A stretch of 64,000 nt of DNA from the human T2T-CHM13v2.0 reference genome, Homo sapiens, in NCBI RefSeq assembly GCF_009914755.1, contig NC_060927.1; one strand, 5' to 3'. Of this stretch, positions 63,887 to 64,000 are shown one piece after another; the first letter of the stretch is position 1; the number at the start of each line of letters is the position of its first letter. The notes under the pieces are model-generated. The model was not told the DNA's origin, did no database searches, and saw only the letters and a list, made by a program, of their open reading frames with translations. The translations under genes were made by a program, and so were the position numbers.

Positions 63887-64000
63887 TAGTAGTTCCCCCT
63901 TATCCAAGTAAGTTCCAAGTCCCCCCGGAGATGCCTGAAACTGCAGATAGTACCAAACCCTATCCCACTGTCATCAATCAGAACATGTTTCTGTTCATGT
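63887..64000 (-). mobile_element. Second MER44/Tigger7 copy, opposite orientation, cut by the window edge
   Basis: Similar to the reverse complement of 56394-56510. Confidence 0.75.

Overview
Human (primate) genomic DNA, AT-rich and Alu/L1-dense, lying entirely inside the LRRFIP2 gene. LRRFIP2 is on the minus strand; from memory it maps to chr3p22.2 next to MLH1, which is not in the window. I mapped by hand 18 GT-AG coding exons, 1281 nt = 427 codons, running from [12 protein letters not shown]... to ...[10 protein letters not shown] (about residues 31-457 of the long isoform as I remember it). All 18 have lengths divisible by 3 and sit between phase-0 introns. Twelve small Ser/Arg-rich exons (28268-53022) form a cassette-like block with weak GTT-type donors and downstream RBFOX/QKI motifs. 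Within this block I found two good and one weaker extra in-frame exon candidates that are absent from the canonical protein I recall (43181-43249, 52739-52780, 44685-44783). The introns also carry a frameshifted UBE2D3 processed pseudogene (+ strand), an hY3 Y-RNA retrocopy, about 45 Alu elements or fragments, old L1M/L2/MIR pieces, two L1PA 3' ends and hAT/Tigger DNA-transposon relics. Most ORFs in the supplied track are Alu/L1 artefacts. No prokaryotic-type system is present. The most interesting signal is the modular micro-exon splicing architecture; the candidate exons may already be annotated in minor isoforms, which I cannot check. Repeat boundaries and subfamily names are approximate and made by eye.
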